Source: Kofleriaceae bacterium (GTDB taxonomy: Bacteria; Myxococcota_A; Polyangia; Haliangiales; Haliangiaceae). From it: DNA of 64,000 nucleotides. The notes below the pieces were generated by a model. It did not search any database, was not told the origin of the DNA, and saw only the letters and a list, made by a program, of their open reading frames with translations. The translations under genes and the position numbers were made by a program. Below, one piece after another: positions 41,516 to 53,404 of this stretch (position 1 is its first letter; each line of letters begins with the position of its first letter). Where the stretch lies: contig CBDCCZ010000011.1 in assembly GCA_965215005.1 (NCBI GenBank), positions 49,652-113,651 on the forward strand, written 5' to 3'.

Positions 41516-42496
41516 ATGCGACGCCACATCATCATTGGACTCGCCTTGCTCATGTTCGCAGCGTGCTCCGGTGGCGATTCGATGGCCAAGGAGTGGAATC
41601 TGGCGTTCGACGCCCAGCAGGTCGGCTGGTTTCTCAATGTTTGGGGGTCGAGCGAAGACAACCTCTACGCCGCGGGCGGGACTCCCGATAACGGCGTTCT
41701 GATGCGCTGGGACGGCACCGCGTGGACCGAGGTCTTGCTCGACACCGAGGTGCCGCTCCTCACCTGGGCGTTCGGCTTTGGTGCCAACGACATTACCGTG
41801 GTCGGCAACGAGGGCACCATCGTGCACTTCGACGGCGCGGTGTGGACGCTTCAAGAGACGCCAACCGAGCAGGATCTCTGGGGCGTTTGGGGTGCGGCCC
41901 CGGATGATCTGTGGGCAGTGGGTGGACGAGGTCGCGCTGCTGGGGAAGCGACGCTGCTGCATTATGACGGCTCGCGGTGGAGCGAGGTCGAGGTGCCGCC
42001 GCTAGAGCGCGCCAACGTCTGGGCGTTTTTCAAAGTGTGGGGAACGTCGGCCAGCAACGTATACGTGGTTGGCCAGCGGGGCGCGGTGCTTCATTATGAC
42101 GGCGTGGGATGGCGCGAGGAGCTGGTTGGCGCCAGCGACGATCTGGTGTCGCTGTGGGGAACGGGACCGGACAATATTGTCGCGGTTGGCGGCCGCGGCG
42201 CCGGAATTGTGAGTCGCTGGAATGGCAGCGAGTGGCGCACCGAAAGTCTGAGCCCGCTTCCTGGCCTCAACGGGGTGTGGATGGGCGCGGACGGGGTCGC
42301 CTACGCCGTCGGAACGGTGGGAACACTCATTGCACTCGAGCCGGGCACGTTCGAATACGAGCAGAGCTTTGCGGCCACCACTCTCGATTTTCACGGCATC
42401 TTTAGCGCAGGCGAGCGACTGGTCGCCGTGGGTGGCAACCTCTTCGCCGTGGAGCCGCCGTTTCAAGGTATCGCGTTCGAGCGACCGCTGAACTGA
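41516..42496 (+). CDS. Beta-propeller lipoprotein (W-G repeat type)
   Basis: Lipobox FAAC; about 7 repeats of VWG....YAVG..G.LLHYDG..W. Confidence 0.88.
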   Translation: MRRHIIIGLALLMFAACSGGDSMAKEWNLAFDAQQVGWFLNVWGSSEDNLYAAGGTPDNGVLMRWDGTAWTEVLLDTEVPLLTWAFGFGANDITVVGNEGTIVHFDGAVWTLQETPTEQDLWGVWGAAPDDLWAVGGRGRAAGEATLLHYDGSRWSEVEVPPLERANVWAFFKVWGTSASNVYVVGQRGAVLHYDGVGWREELVGASDDLVSLWGTGPDNIVAVGGRGAGIVSRWNGSEWRTESLSPLPGLNGVWMGADGVAYAVGTVGTLIALEPGTFEYEQSFAATTLDFHGIFSAGERLVAVGGNLFAVEPPFQGIAFERPLN

Positions 42497-42515
42497 CGAA
42501 AGATCACCACGCCTC

Positions 42516-44852
42516 ATGAACTGCACACGCCTGATGGTTTTTGGAGCCGCCTTATTGGTGGCCGTATTGGTGGGTTGTGGCGAAGGCGAGCCAACGGTGG
42601 CGCCGGGCATTTTTGCAGCGCTGGGCGAGCCGATGCCGTCGGCCACGGCGGCGCAGCGGGTAACGTTTGAGCGCGGCCGGCAGGTTGCTATGCGCCGGTT
42701 CAGCGCGGCGGAGGGCGCGGGACCCGATTTCAACGTCACCTTTTGCGGTGCGTGCCATGAGCGGCCGGTGCTCGGCGGTAGCGCCGGTCGCTATCGCAAC
42801 TTCTTGCTCGTAGGCCAGAGACTGAACGACGGCTCGTTCGCGGCAACCGGCATCAACGGTGTGCAACCGCAGTACTCGCTGCTGGACCGTCGCCGTTCGA
42901 CAGATCCCCTTACCAATCTCACGGCCACGCGCAATCCAGTTCCATTCTTTGGCGTCGGGCTGCTCGCCGAGATCACCGATGAAGAGATTCTTTCCCGCGA
43001 AGACCCCGACGATGCTGATGGCGATGGCATTAGCGGCCGCGCCAACTTCGATCGCGGGTTCGTCGGTCGATTCGGCCGCAAGTCGCAGAGCGTGGCAATC
43101 GAGAGCTTCATTCGCGGCCCGCTCTTCAATCACATGGGCATCACGACCAATCCGTTGTCGCCGGAGCGTCGTGCCGCGCTTCCGGTCGCGAGTCGAGGGA
43201 CCGAGAGCGGTGTTCCGCAGCAAACAGCAGCGCTGGGAACGCTCGAGCTCGAGCAGGTGGGCGCGCCCAACCAGCCAACGGTGGACGACGATGAAGCGCC
43301 GGATCCCGAGCTAAACGAAGCGGACTTGTTCGACTTGATAGCCTTCTCAATGCTGCTCGCCGCGCCCCAGCCCGATGCGCCGACGGATTCGAGCGAACGC
43401 GGTCGCCGCTTGTTTGATGATGCGGGCTGTGCCGATTGCCATGTTGCGGCGTTGCGCGGGCCGCGGGGGCTGGTACCGGCGTGGTCGGATCTGCTTCTGC
43501 ACGACATGGGCGAGAAACTGGCCGACGGCATCACGATGGGCGAAGCGTCGGGGCAGGAGTTTCGCACCGCGCCGTTGTGGGGACTCGCGGCAACCGGGCC
43601 GTATCTGCACGATGGCCGCGCCGATACGATCGATGAAGCGATTCGCTGGCATGGTGGCGAAGCGGCGCGCGCGCGCGATGCATTCGTAGCGATGCCCGAC
43701 ACCGCGAGAAATGACGTGTTGGCGTTTCTCGAGTCGCTCGGCGGGCGCGCGCAACAGACCCCAGGGCTGTTGGCGCCTGATGCGCCTATTCCGGCTGTTG
43801 GTGCCTATGGCGGTCCGGTGCAGTCGCTCGACGATGAGGAGATGGCGCGGTTTGCGCGCGGTCGCGCGCTCTTCGATCGCGACGCATTCCTCGTGGGTGG
43901 ACGGGGCGCAGGCCTTGGGCCGCGCTTCAACGGTGATGCGTGCCGCGCGTGTCACTTCGATCCGGTCATCGGCGGCGCCGGGCCTGCAGATGTCGACGTC
44001 ATTCGCCAAGGCATCGTCGATGAGGCTACGGGCATGTTTCGCATGCCGCAGATGGGAACCATGGCGCATCGCTTTGCTTCCGCGACCGATGCGCGGCCGC
44101 CCATCGACGCCGCGGCCAACGTGTTCGAGGCGCGGCAGACACCAGCGCTGTTTGGGCTCGGGCTCATCGAGGCCATCGCCGAGGCTGACATTCTCGCGCG
44201 CGCCGATCCCGAAGATGCCGATGGCGACGGCGTGAGCGGTCGCGCCCATATGCTTAGTGATGGCCGTCTGGGCCGATTTGGTTGGAAAGCTAATGTTCCG
44301 TCGATCGCAGAATTCGCGCGCGATGCACTGGCCAACGAAATGGGTATCACCTTGCCTGCGCAGGAGGGACAGACCTTCGGGTTCCTCTATGACGAGGATG
44401 AGGTTCCGGATCCGGAGATCTCGGTCGAAGAGCTGCGCGACTTGGTGTTCTTTCTACAGATGATGGCGCCGCCGCCGCGCATGGCGATGGATGGACAGCA
44501 GGCCGATGGAGAGATGGCCTTCGACGAGGTCGGCTGCACGAGCTGTCACGTTGCGAACATGACCACGACCGATGGCCAAAGCGTTGCGCTGTACAGCGAT
44601 CTGCTGCTTCACGAGGTGGCCTTGCCGTGGTCTTGGGGCATTGAAGAAGGCGATGCGGCCATGGGTGAGCTGCGGACGCCGCCACTTTGGGGCTTGGCTA
44701 CGACCGCGCCGTATATGCACGATGGCAGCGCGCCAACCGTGCTCGAGGCAATCCTTGCCCATGCCGGCGAGGCCAGCGCCGCGCGTGAAGCGTTCCTGGC
44801 GCTGCCCCTCGGGCTTCAGGAGGCAGTGGTGGCGTTTCTCGAGACGTTATGA
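42516..44852 (+). CDS. Tandemly duplicated di-heme oxidoreductase (DHOR/DUF1111) lipoprotein with 4 CxxCH motifs
   Basis: CGACH, CADCH, CRACH, CTSCH; duplicated G.GP.FN, P..FG.GL, DP.DADGDG.SGR, GRFG.K, SDLLLH, RT.PLWGL, Y.HDG.A. Confidence 0.92.
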   Translation: MNCTRLMVFGAALLVAVLVGCGEGEPTVAPGIFAALGEPMPSATAAQRVTFERGRQVAMRRFSAAEGAGPDFNVTFCGACHERPVLGGSAGRYRNFLLVGQRLNDGSFAATGINGVQPQYSLLDRRRSTDPLTNLTATRNPVPFFGVGLLAEITDEEILSREDPDDADGDGISGRANFDRGFVGRFGRKSQSVAIESFIRGPLFNHMGITTNPLSPERRAALPVASRGTESGVPQQTAALGTLELEQVGAPNQPTVDDDEAPDPELNEADLFDLIAFSMLLAAPQPDAPTDSSERGRRLFDDAGCADCHVAALRGPRGLVPAWSDLLLHDMGEKLADGITMGEASGQEFRTAPLWGLAATGPYLHDGRADTIDEAIRWHGGEAARARDAFVAMPDTARNDVLAFLESLGGRAQQTPGLLAPDAPIPAVGAYGGPVQSLDDEEMARFARGRALFDRDAFLVGGRGAGLGPRFNGDACRACHFDPVIGGAGPADVDVIRQGIVDEATGMFRMPQMGTMAHRFASATDARPPIDAAANVFEARQTPALFGLGLIEAIAEADILARADPEDADGDGVSGRAHMLSDGRLGRFGWKANVPSIAEFARDALANEMGITLPAQEGQTFGFLYDEDEVPDPEISVEELRDLVFFLQMMAPPPRMAMDGQQADGEMAFDEVGCTSCHVANMTTTDGQSVALYSDLLLHEVALPWSWGIEEGDAAMGELRTPPLWGLATTAPYMHDGSAPTVLEAILAHAGEASAAREAFLALPLGLQEAVVAFLETL

Positions 44853-45256
44853 GCCGCTGGGCAGTGGCCCTCGCGTGCCTCGTTGGCTGCGGTGATGGAT
44901 ACGCTGCGCACGTCTTTCGCGACTCCGAGCTTCTTGCAACCTTCGACGTAGAGCTCGCCGATACCGCCGCTGCGCGAGCGCAGGGCCTACGCGGCGCACC
45001 GCCGCTACAGCCGCACCAGGGCCTGGTTTTGATCTTTCCGCGCGCGCTCGACGACGTCTGTCTCGATAACCGCGACGTGCGTTTTGCCATCGACGCCGTG
45101 ATCGCCGGCGACGACGGCCTCGTCCACGCTGTCGCCACCCTCGAGCCCAACGACCCACAGCCACGCTGCCACGACCGCGTCCGCTGGATCCTAGAAGTCG
45201 CCGCCGGCGCCGCCGCCGCAATCCGCCCCGGCGACACACTGCGAATCGAGCGCTGA
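44849..45256 (+). CDS. DUF192 family lipoprotein
   Basis: VELADT...RAQGL, GLVLIFP, WILEVAAG; lipobox LVGC; ATGA overlap. Confidence 0.85.
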   Translation: MSRWAVALACLVGCGDGYAAHVFRDSELLATFDVELADTAAARAQGLRGAPPLQPHQGLVLIFPRALDDVCLDNRDVRFAIDAVIAGDDGLVHAVATLEPNDPQPRCHDRVRWILEVAAGAAAAIRPGDTLRIER

Positions 45257-45276
45257 TCCGCAGCCGCCTACCACCG

Positions 45277-48200
45277 TCATTGCGGTCTCGCGTGACTGCC
45301 GCGGAAATCCCATGGATCCGTCGCTTCGCTGGTCTCGCCTCCCCACTTGGCGAGCATGGCGGGCACTACCAGCATGTTGAGGACGGTCGAGGTGGCGAGG
45401 CCGGTGAGGATGACTAGAGCCATGGGCGCTTGAATTTCGCTTCCGGGCTCGCCGAGGGCTAACGCGAGTGGAAGGAGGCCGAGGCCGGCGGTCACGGCGG
45501 TCATCAGAATTGGCGCGAGGCGCTCGCGAGCGCTTTGCGCGACGGCTTCGGCGCGCTCGACCCCGAGGAGCTCAAGATCGCGGCTTCGGGTGGCGAGGAG
45601 GATGCCGTTTCGGGTGGCGATACCGAACAAGGTGATGAAGCCGATGATGCTCGCGATGGACAAGATGCCGCCCGCCAAGAACACGCCGACCACGCCGCCC
45701 GCGAGCGCGAGCGGCAGGTTCACCAGCACGATGGCGGCACGAGAAGCGCTGCGAAGGGTCGCGAAGACAATCACCACGACGCATGCGATGGAGATGAGCC
45801 CGAGAATGATGAGTCGCGAGCCGGCGGCTTCTTCGCGCTCAAATTGGCCGGCGTACTCGACGCGTACGTGCGGCGGCAGGTCGACTCGCTCCTGCACGCG
45901 AGCGCGGACGTCTTCGTAGACGCTGCGCAGATCGCGGTCGGCGACGTTGGCGGTCACGACGATGCGTCGCTCGACGTTCTCCCGCAGGATGTAGTTTGGC
46001 CCGCGGTCGGCTTTGACCTCGGCGAACGCCGAGATGGGCACAACGGCACCGGAGGGGGTGGGAACGCGGGTGGTCTGGACCGTTTCGATCGACTCGCGGG
46101 CGTCGTCGCCGTAGCGGACCACCACGTCGGTGATGGTGCCGTATTCGTAGATACGGCCGGCTTCGGTGCCCCATAGGGCGGTGCCGGCGGCTTCGGCGGC
46201 CTGTCCTGGGGATAGTCCGTATTGCGCGGCAGCGTGGCGATCGATTCGCACGACCACCTGCGGCACGTTCACCGCCTGCTCGACGCTGAGATCGACGAGA
46301 CCAGGCACCTGCGCAATCGCGGCTCGCACGGCTTCGGCAACCACTCGAAGCTGATCCAGGTCTTCGCCGATGACTTTGATCGATAGCGCGGCTCGCTGCC
46401 CGGAGAGCATGTGGTCGATGCGGTGTGAGATCGGCTGACCGATGGTGAACTGCACCCCCGGCACTGTCGCCAGCCGCTCGCGAATGTCGGCGTAGAGCTC
46501 TTCTTTGCTGCGCGAATCCGCGCGCAGGCGGACATCGATTTCGCCCGCTTCCACGCCTTGAACGTGCTCGTCGCGTTCGGCGCGACCGGTGCGCCGGGCG
46601 GTCGATACCACCGCCGGATCGGCAAGCAGCGCCCGTTCCGCGAGTGCTCCGAGCATGTCGCTCTGCTCGAGCGAGGTGCCGGGAAGGGTGACCGCGGCGA
46701 TGGTCAGGCTGCCTTCATTGAACTCCGGTAGGAACGACCGGCCTGTGAAGCTGAGGCCAACGAGCCCGGCCGCGATGGTGAGCGCGCCACCGAGCACGAC
46801 CGTGCGTGGATGCGCGAGCACGAAGCGCAACGCCGGCTCGTACATTCGCGTCAGCCGATGCATGAGCGGCGGCTCACGTCCGGAGCCATCGATGGAGGAG
46901 GGCAGTAGCAGCGAGCACAATGCTGGCGTTACGGTGACCGCCACGACCAGTGAGCTGGCGATCGAGATCAGGTAGGCAACCCCCAGTGGCCGCAGGAGCC
47001 GCCCCTCGAGCCCTTCCAAAAACAGCAAGGGCACGAACACGACCATCAAGATGGCCGTTGCGCTCACGATGGAGGAACGAATCTCGATAGAGGCATCGAG
47101 AACGGTGCGCACCACCGGTTTTCGCTCGGTCTCGGGCAAGCGGGCGCGGTCTCGCAGTCTTCTAACCACGTTCTCGACGTCGACGATGGCGTCATCGACG
47201 AGCTCCCCAATGGCGATTGCAAGGCCTCCCAGCGTCATCGTGTCGAGGCTGTAGCCGAGCGCATCGAGGATCAGCGCCGAGAGCAGGAGAGATAGCGGCA
47301 GCGCGATGACGCTGATGATGGTTGGGCGCAAACTCCAAAGAAATAGAAACAGCACCACGATGACCAGGAGCGCGCCGTCGCGCAGCACGGTCATGAGATT
47401 GGCGACCGCGGTGGCGATGAAGTCGGCCTGGCGAAATAGATCGCGATGGATCGTTAGCTGGCGCTCGGTAAACGAAGGAACTAGCGCATCGAGCGCTTCA
47501 TCGACTCGTTTGGTGACCGCGAGAGTGTCTGCTCCGGGTTGTTTGACGATGCTGAGAACGACGGCGGGCTTGCCGTTATAGCTCGCGGTGCCGCGAGGCA
47601 GCGCCGCGCCAACTCGAACGTCGGCGACATCGCGCACCAAAACCGGATGCTCACCCCGCAGCGCGACCGTGATGTCGGAGAGCTCTTCTTCGCTATGCGC
47701 TCGACCGAGCACCCGCACCACCGACTCTTGTCCCTGCGTGACCACGTATCCGCCAGGGACGTTCTTGTTGCCGTGCTCGAGAGCCGCGATGAGCTCCTCA
47801 AGCGTCAGATCGTAGCGCTCGAGGCGCTGTGGATCGACGAGCACCTGATACTGGCGTTCGAGACCTCCGAGCGCCACGACTTGCGCCACGCCGGGAACCG
47901 CCAGCAGTCGTCGCCGCACCTCGACCTCGCCGACGCGACGCAGCTGGAGCGGGTCGGCATCGTCGCTCGAGAGAGCCACGAAGGCGATCTCTCCCATCAC
48001 CGACGATGGCGGCGCTAGCAGTGGCGTCTCGGCCTCGGGCGGCAGCGTGGCGAGCCCTTGCAGCCGCTCGTTGACGCGTTGACGCGCGACGATGTCTTCG
48101 GTGTCCCAGTCGAACTCGACCCAAACGATAGAGATGCCCGGCGTCGACGCAGAACGAACCCGACGAACGCCCGCGACCCCGTTGACCGCGGTTTCGATGG

Positions 48201-48405
48201 GGAAGGTGATCAGGCGCTCCACTTCCTCAGGAGCCATGCCGGTGGATTCGGTCACGATGGTGACGCGCGGCGCGGTTAGATCCGGGAATACATCGACGGG
48301 CATCTGCGCTGCCCGGAGGCCGCCCAGGATGGATAAAGCCCCAGCCGCCGCTAGTACCAGCCAACGCCGTCGGAGCGATAGGCGAAGCAGAAGGTCGATC
48401 ATCAA
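45277..48405 (-). CDS. Heavy-metal efflux RND permease (CzcA/CusA family)
   Basis: MPVDVFPDL, EEVERLITFPIE, AIAIGELVDDAIVDVEN, SFLPEFNEG, PISHRIDHMLSG. Confidence 0.95.
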   Translation of the reverse strand: MMIDLLLRLSLRRRWLVLAAAGALSILGGLRAAQMPVDVFPDLTAPRVTIVTESTGMAPEEVERLITFPIETAVNGVAGVRRVRSASTPGISIVWVEFDWDTEDIVARQRVNERLQGLATLPPEAETPLLAPPSSVMGEIAFVALSSDDADPLQLRRVGEVEVRRRLLAVPGVAQVVALGGLERQYQVLVDPQRLERYDLTLEELIAALEHGNKNVPGGYVVTQGQESVVRVLGRAHSEEELSDITVALRGEHPVLVRDVADVRVGAALPRGTASYNGKPAVVLSIVKQPGADTLAVTKRVDEALDALVPSFTERQLTIHRDLFRQADFIATAVANLMTVLRDGALLVIVVLFLFLWSLRPTIISVIALPLSLLLSALILDALGYSLDTMTLGGLAIAIGELVDDAIVDVENVVRRLRDRARLPETERKPVVRTVLDASIEIRSSIVSATAILMVVFVPLLFLEGLEGRLLRPLGVAYLISIASSLVVAVTVTPALCSLLLPSSIDGSGREPPLMHRLTRMYEPALRFVLAHPRTVVLGGALTIAAGLVGLSFTGRSFLPEFNEGSLTIAAVTLPGTSLEQSDMLGALAERALLADPAVVSTARRTGRAERDEHVQGVEAGEIDVRLRADSRSKEELYADIRERLATVPGVQFTIGQPISHRIDHMLSGQRAALSIKVIGEDLDQLRVVAEAVRAAIAQVPGLVDLSVEQAVNVPQVVVRIDRHAAAQYGLSPGQAAEAAGTALWGTEAGRIYEYGTITDVVVRYGDDARESIETVQTTRVPTPSGAVVPISAFAEVKADRGPNYILRENVERRIVVTANVADRDLRSVYEDVRARVQERVDLPPHVRVEYAGQFEREEAAGSRLIILGLISIACVVVIVFATLRSASRAAIVLVNLPLALAGGVVGVFLAGGILSIASIIGFITLFGIATRNGILLATRSRDLELLGVERAEAVAQSARERLAPILMTAVTAGLGLLPLALALGEPGSEIQAPMALVILTGLATSTVLNMLVVPAMLAKWGGETSEATDPWDFRGSHARPQ

Positions 48406-50038
48406 TGCACGTGTCCGTGAGCGGGCGTGGTCGCGGCTCGAGCAGCAAGGCGAATGACGTTGGCTCCATGCGTGACGACGCGCTCGCCGGCTTTTACGCC
48501 ACTTGCGATGCCGACGACTGCACCCGATCGCGGGCCGATACGAACGGCGCGCTCTTCGAAGGCTTCGCCTTCTACCTGGACATAAACGATGGAGCGGCCA
48601 TCGTCATTGAGCACTCCGTCGCGCGGCACCACCACGCCCTCCCACGGCTGCCCCGCGGGCACGGCAACTCGCACCATCGCGCCGACGCGGAGCCGTTCAT
48701 CCAGCGCTCGCAGCGCGTAGATCACGTCGACGGTGCGGGAACGAGGATCGACCACGCGGCCGACATTGATCACTGAGGCGCTCGCGTCCTTGCCGGTGAC
48801 CTCGAGCGCGATCCACGTCGGCAGTCCCGGCAGCTTGAAGGCAGCATCCTGATCCGCGCGAATCGTCGCTGCTTGTTGCTCGGGCACCCGCGCGCGGATC
48901 CATAGCTCGTCGAGGTTGACCACCCGAAACAGAAGCTCGCCACTTTGCACCGACTCGCCCGGGGTGGCTTGCACCTCCACCACCACGCCGTCGATCGGAG
49001 CCGTCACTCGATAGAGGCCTCCCCCTTTGCCGCTAGCGGCACCCGTAAACACGCTGCGAGCGCCCACAGCGGCCCGTACGGCTTCTTTGGCGACCCCGAG
49101 CTCACGTCGTGCTTCCTCTACCTCGCGTTGCGAAATGGCGCGGTCGGCGATGAGCCGCTCGGCCCGCGCGAGCGCCGCTTGCGCCGCTTGCACCCGCGCT
49201 TCGGCTTCGACCACCACGAGCTCCGCGCGCGCACCAGCTTCCGGTGCCGCCGGTGCCGGCGCAATGGTGGCCAGGAGTCGGCCTTGGCGCACGGCTTGCC
49301 CCGGTCTCGGCAAGCCGCCGGCAGGTGCTACGACTCCGCCGGCGATGGCCGCACCCACGTCGGCCTGTCCGCCCGGTGGCGTGGTGACTTCGCCTGCGAC
49401 CTCGATACTCGGAACCACGGTACCGAGCGTGGCGAACGCCGTTGCGAAGGGAACCTGCCACTGCTGCTCTTTTAGGAAGCTGATCGGTTCGGCGCCCGCT
49501 GCTTCTTCGGCTTTGAGCGCTTGCTCCGCGGCTTCTGCGGTTGGGTACACTTCGATCTCAAAGCCGCTGATCACGTCCTGCACCTCGGGCCCCGACACGC
49601 GCAGGCTAGCGCGGTAGGTGCCTGCGGCGGGGGCTTTCAAGGTCGGCCGAAAGATGCCCGGTCGCAGCGGCTCCGTGGCGTTTGCTTCGCTATGAGTGGG
49701 TCCTTCGAGCAGTAGCGTGACGTTGGCGTTCTCGAGCGGCTTGAAGCCCTGGAGGATGGTGAGGTGCGCGAGGAATGGCAGCTCTTGCCCAGTGACCGCC
49801 GGCGGATGCTCGGCAAACAGCTCGAGCTGGTCGCTGTAGCGCGTGATGCCGATGGCTTCGGCTCCGTGGCCGTGGTCGTCATGATCTCCATGGTCGTCGT
49901 GCTCGTCGGCGGAGCCATGCGCGCCCGCGGCAGATGACTCTTCGCCATGCGGATGATCGTGGGAGTGACAGCCTGAACAAGCCGAAAGCACCACGCAGCC
50001 CGCGAGAGCCGCACTGAAACGCCAAGACAGGAATCGCT

Positions 50039-50042
<4 letters not shown>
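48402..50042 (-). CDS. Heavy-metal RND periplasmic adaptor with His-rich termini
   Basis: Lipobox LSAC; HSHDHPH...HDDHGDHDDHGHG; APIDGVV; ends HGHVH. Confidence 0.92.
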
Positions 50043-51258
<1,216 letters not shown>

Positions 51259-51268
<10 letters not shown>

Positions 51269-51280
51269 GGTCGGAGTTTT
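51259..51280. promoter_or_regulatory. Candidate BlaI-type operator overlapping the tolC start codon
   Basis: Minus strand AAAACTCCGACC-ATGAG-TCGGA; same motif as at 52689-52710. Confidence 0.55.
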
Positions 51281-51317
51281 TGTCGAACGTCGCGGTTGCA
51301 TGGTGCCCCTTCGGGGT

Positions 51318-52271
51318 CTAACTCAGTATTCCGAGTAGCATCTCGAGGCCGTGATGAACGTGAGCATGCGAGCCGGCCACAATCACGGGCATTAGAAGCC
51401 CACCGAGGACGAGGAGCCGCGGTGGCCAGCTGGCATGGTCGGTTCGCCCTTTGAGCAAAGCGTGCACTCTCGCCTCGAGATCGCCATGGGTGAAGGCGAG
51501 CTCTGACGAGGCTCGGCGCGAGAGTGTCGCGAGTAAGACGAGCGCCTCCGCGATTCGTAGCCGTCCTTCGGGCAGCGACTCTGCGGCCTCCGCGTCGGCG
51601 GCCATTTCCTGAGCAGTAGCAAGACGTGCTCCCAGCGCGCTCGTCACCGAAGGTACATGGCCGATTCCCAGCATCGGGCACAGCGCCCGCCACAGTAGAT
51701 CGCGATGGCGCGCGTGGACGCGCTCATGTGCCAGGACCGGCTCGACTACCTCGCGCCCGAGCGAAAGTAGACCGCGCGAGAGGTGCACGCGCGGCCGAAG
51801 AATTCCAAGCACGAACGCGCGTGGCTCGCTCGAGGGAAAGATGCGCACGTCCTCGTGCCGATCCGATGCTTGGAGGATGCAGCCTGCGGTAGCGCGACTC
51901 GACCGGAGCCCGCGGACCAGCTCGGTGAGCTCATAAATCGCACGAGCTGCGACGAGCCCAGCCACAAAGAAGAGTGCCATTCCGGGCGCGCTGCCGACGT
52001 GCTCCGGGCACAGATGCGGGTGATGAGGATCGTGAGCGAGGCAGTGATCGTGGCCAATGCCGACAGCGGGTAAAAGCGCTGCCGTGATAGCTAGAAGCGC
52101 AATTGCACATGGCAACAGCGACAGAGCCAGCCACAGGCGTACCCGATGCCGCGGCGCAATTTGTACTGCCAGACGATCAAACGCCGGCAGCGCGGCGGCA
52201 ACCAGCGCCGAGACCGGAACGGCCACCGCGCCAAAGGCGGCAAGACACAGGACCGCGAGGCTGAGACTCAC
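51318..52271 (-). CDS. M56 (BlaR1-like) membrane metallopeptidase without a penicillin-binding sensor, His/Cys-rich
   Basis: AFVLG..RPR, HERVH (HExxH), QEMAAD; loop HDHCLAHDPHHPHLCPEH; tail HAHVHH; GTGA overlap with blaI-like gene. Confidence 0.88.
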   Translation of the reverse strand: MSLSLAVLCLAAFGAVAVPVSALVAAALPAFDRLAVQIAPRHRVRLWLALSLLPCAIALLAITAALLPAVGIGHDHCLAHDPHHPHLCPEHVGSAPGMALFFVAGLVAARAIYELTELVRGLRSSRATAGCILQASDRHEDVRIFPSSEPRAFVLGILRPRVHLSRGLLSLGREVVEPVLAHERVHARHRDLLWRALCPMLGIGHVPSVTSALGARLATAQEMAADAEAAESLPEGRLRIAEALVLLATLSRRASSELAFTHGDLEARVHALLKGRTDHASWPPRLLVLGGLLMPVIVAGSHAHVHHGLEMLLGILS

Positions 52272-52669
52272 GAGTCGCACTCCTCGCGCTTGGCCCGAAC
52301 GAGGCGCTCCAGCTCGAGCAGCGCAGCCTCGTCTGAATCGGCAACAATGTCGACAAACGCAGCCAACAGCCCGCTCTTACCGAGGGCTCGCAACCCGCCT
52401 GCGGCCTCGACCACACGCCGCGCGCGAAACGTTTCGCGATCTAAGGCTGCTCGATACCGATACGCGTGCGAGACTTTCTCGCGCAGCAGCAGCCCCTTTT
52501 TGAACAGGCGCTCGAGCGCCGACCCCACCGTATTGGCCGAAATCCCCCGGCGCTTGCCGATCGCGCCGTGCGCCTCGAGAACGTCCGCATCCCGCTCCGT
52601 CCAAAGGTGCTCGAGCACGGCCATCTCGAGCTCCCCGAGCCGTGGCAGCTTGTGCGGCCCCTTTGCCAT
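52268..52669 (-). CDS. BlaI/MecI/CopY family repressor
   Basis: LGELEMAVLEHLW, NTVGSALERLFKKGLL.REK..HAY.Y; no C-terminal CopY CxC-type metal site. Confidence 0.93.
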   Translation of the reverse strand: MAKGPHKLPRLGELEMAVLEHLWTERDADVLEAHGAIGKRRGISANTVGSALERLFKKGLLLREKVSHAYRYRAALDRETFRARRVVEAAGGLRALGKSGLLAAFVDIVADSDEAALLELERLVRAKREECDS

Positions 52670-52688
52670 GACCAGTATCTACCCACGG

Positions 52689-52711
52689 AAAACTCCGACC
52701 GTCAATCGGAG
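52689..52711. promoter_or_regulatory. Candidate BlaI-type operator overlapping the -35 element
   Basis: CTCCGA-N7-TCGGAG palindrome containing TTGACG on the minus strand, about 25-40 nt upstream of the repressor ATG. Confidence 0.65.
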
Positions 52712-52830
52712 ATTGCGGCGCGTTGCAGCCGCGGTCTTCGCAGCGACGTCAACCTCGCCGCGATTCACTCATCGCAGAGCCCGCACTTGCGGTCTTGCCC
52801 CGCACTCGCGTAAACGGCACGTTGCCTACT

Positions 52831-53334
52831 ATGATTGCAGACATCGATGGTGCACATCCGCTTCGGATTGTTGTCATCGGCAACTCGGGCTCCGGAAAGT
52901 CGACACTTGCTGCGGCGCTTGCGTCCGAGCATGAACTAGAGCATCTAGACCTAGACACGCTAGCGTGGCAGCCCACGCAGCCACCGGAGCGAGCTCCCAT
53001 TGAGGTAGCGGAGAAGGCGCTCCGCAGCTTTACCACCCGAAGTGAGCAATGGGTCGCCGAGGGCTGCTACGCAGACTTGATCGCACTGCTACTCCCTCAG
53101 GCGACCTTGTTTATCTTCCTCGACCGGCCAGTGGAAGCATGTCAAAAGAACGCCCGCGCGCGCCCGTGGGAGCCGCACAAGTACGCTTCCAAGGAGGCGC
53201 AAGACGCCAACCTCCAGATGCTTCTCGACTGGATCGCGGGCTATCCAGAGCGAGAAGGAGTTCTCGGCCGCCAAGCTCACGAAGCGCTCTTCCTAGCCTT
53301 TCCCGGCAAGAAGCTACGTCGACTCGATAGCTGA
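52831..53334 (+). CDS. P-loop kinase-like protein (adenylate/shikimate kinase-like, FlaR-like)
   Basis: Walker A GNSGSGKST, LDLDTLAW, WVAEGCY. Confidence 0.88.
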   Translation: MIADIDGAHPLRIVVIGNSGSGKSTLAAALASEHELEHLDLDTLAWQPTQPPERAPIEVAEKALRSFTTRSEQWVAEGCYADLIALLLPQATLFIFLDRPVEACQKNARARPWEPHKYASKEAQDANLQMLLDWIAGYPEREGVLGRQAHEALFLAFPGKKLRRLDS

Positions 53335-53404
53335 TTTTCGGTGCCGCGTTGGCCGCGCAGAGACACGGCTGAGAATGGACGTGCACCTTCCACCGCAATT
53401 CGTC

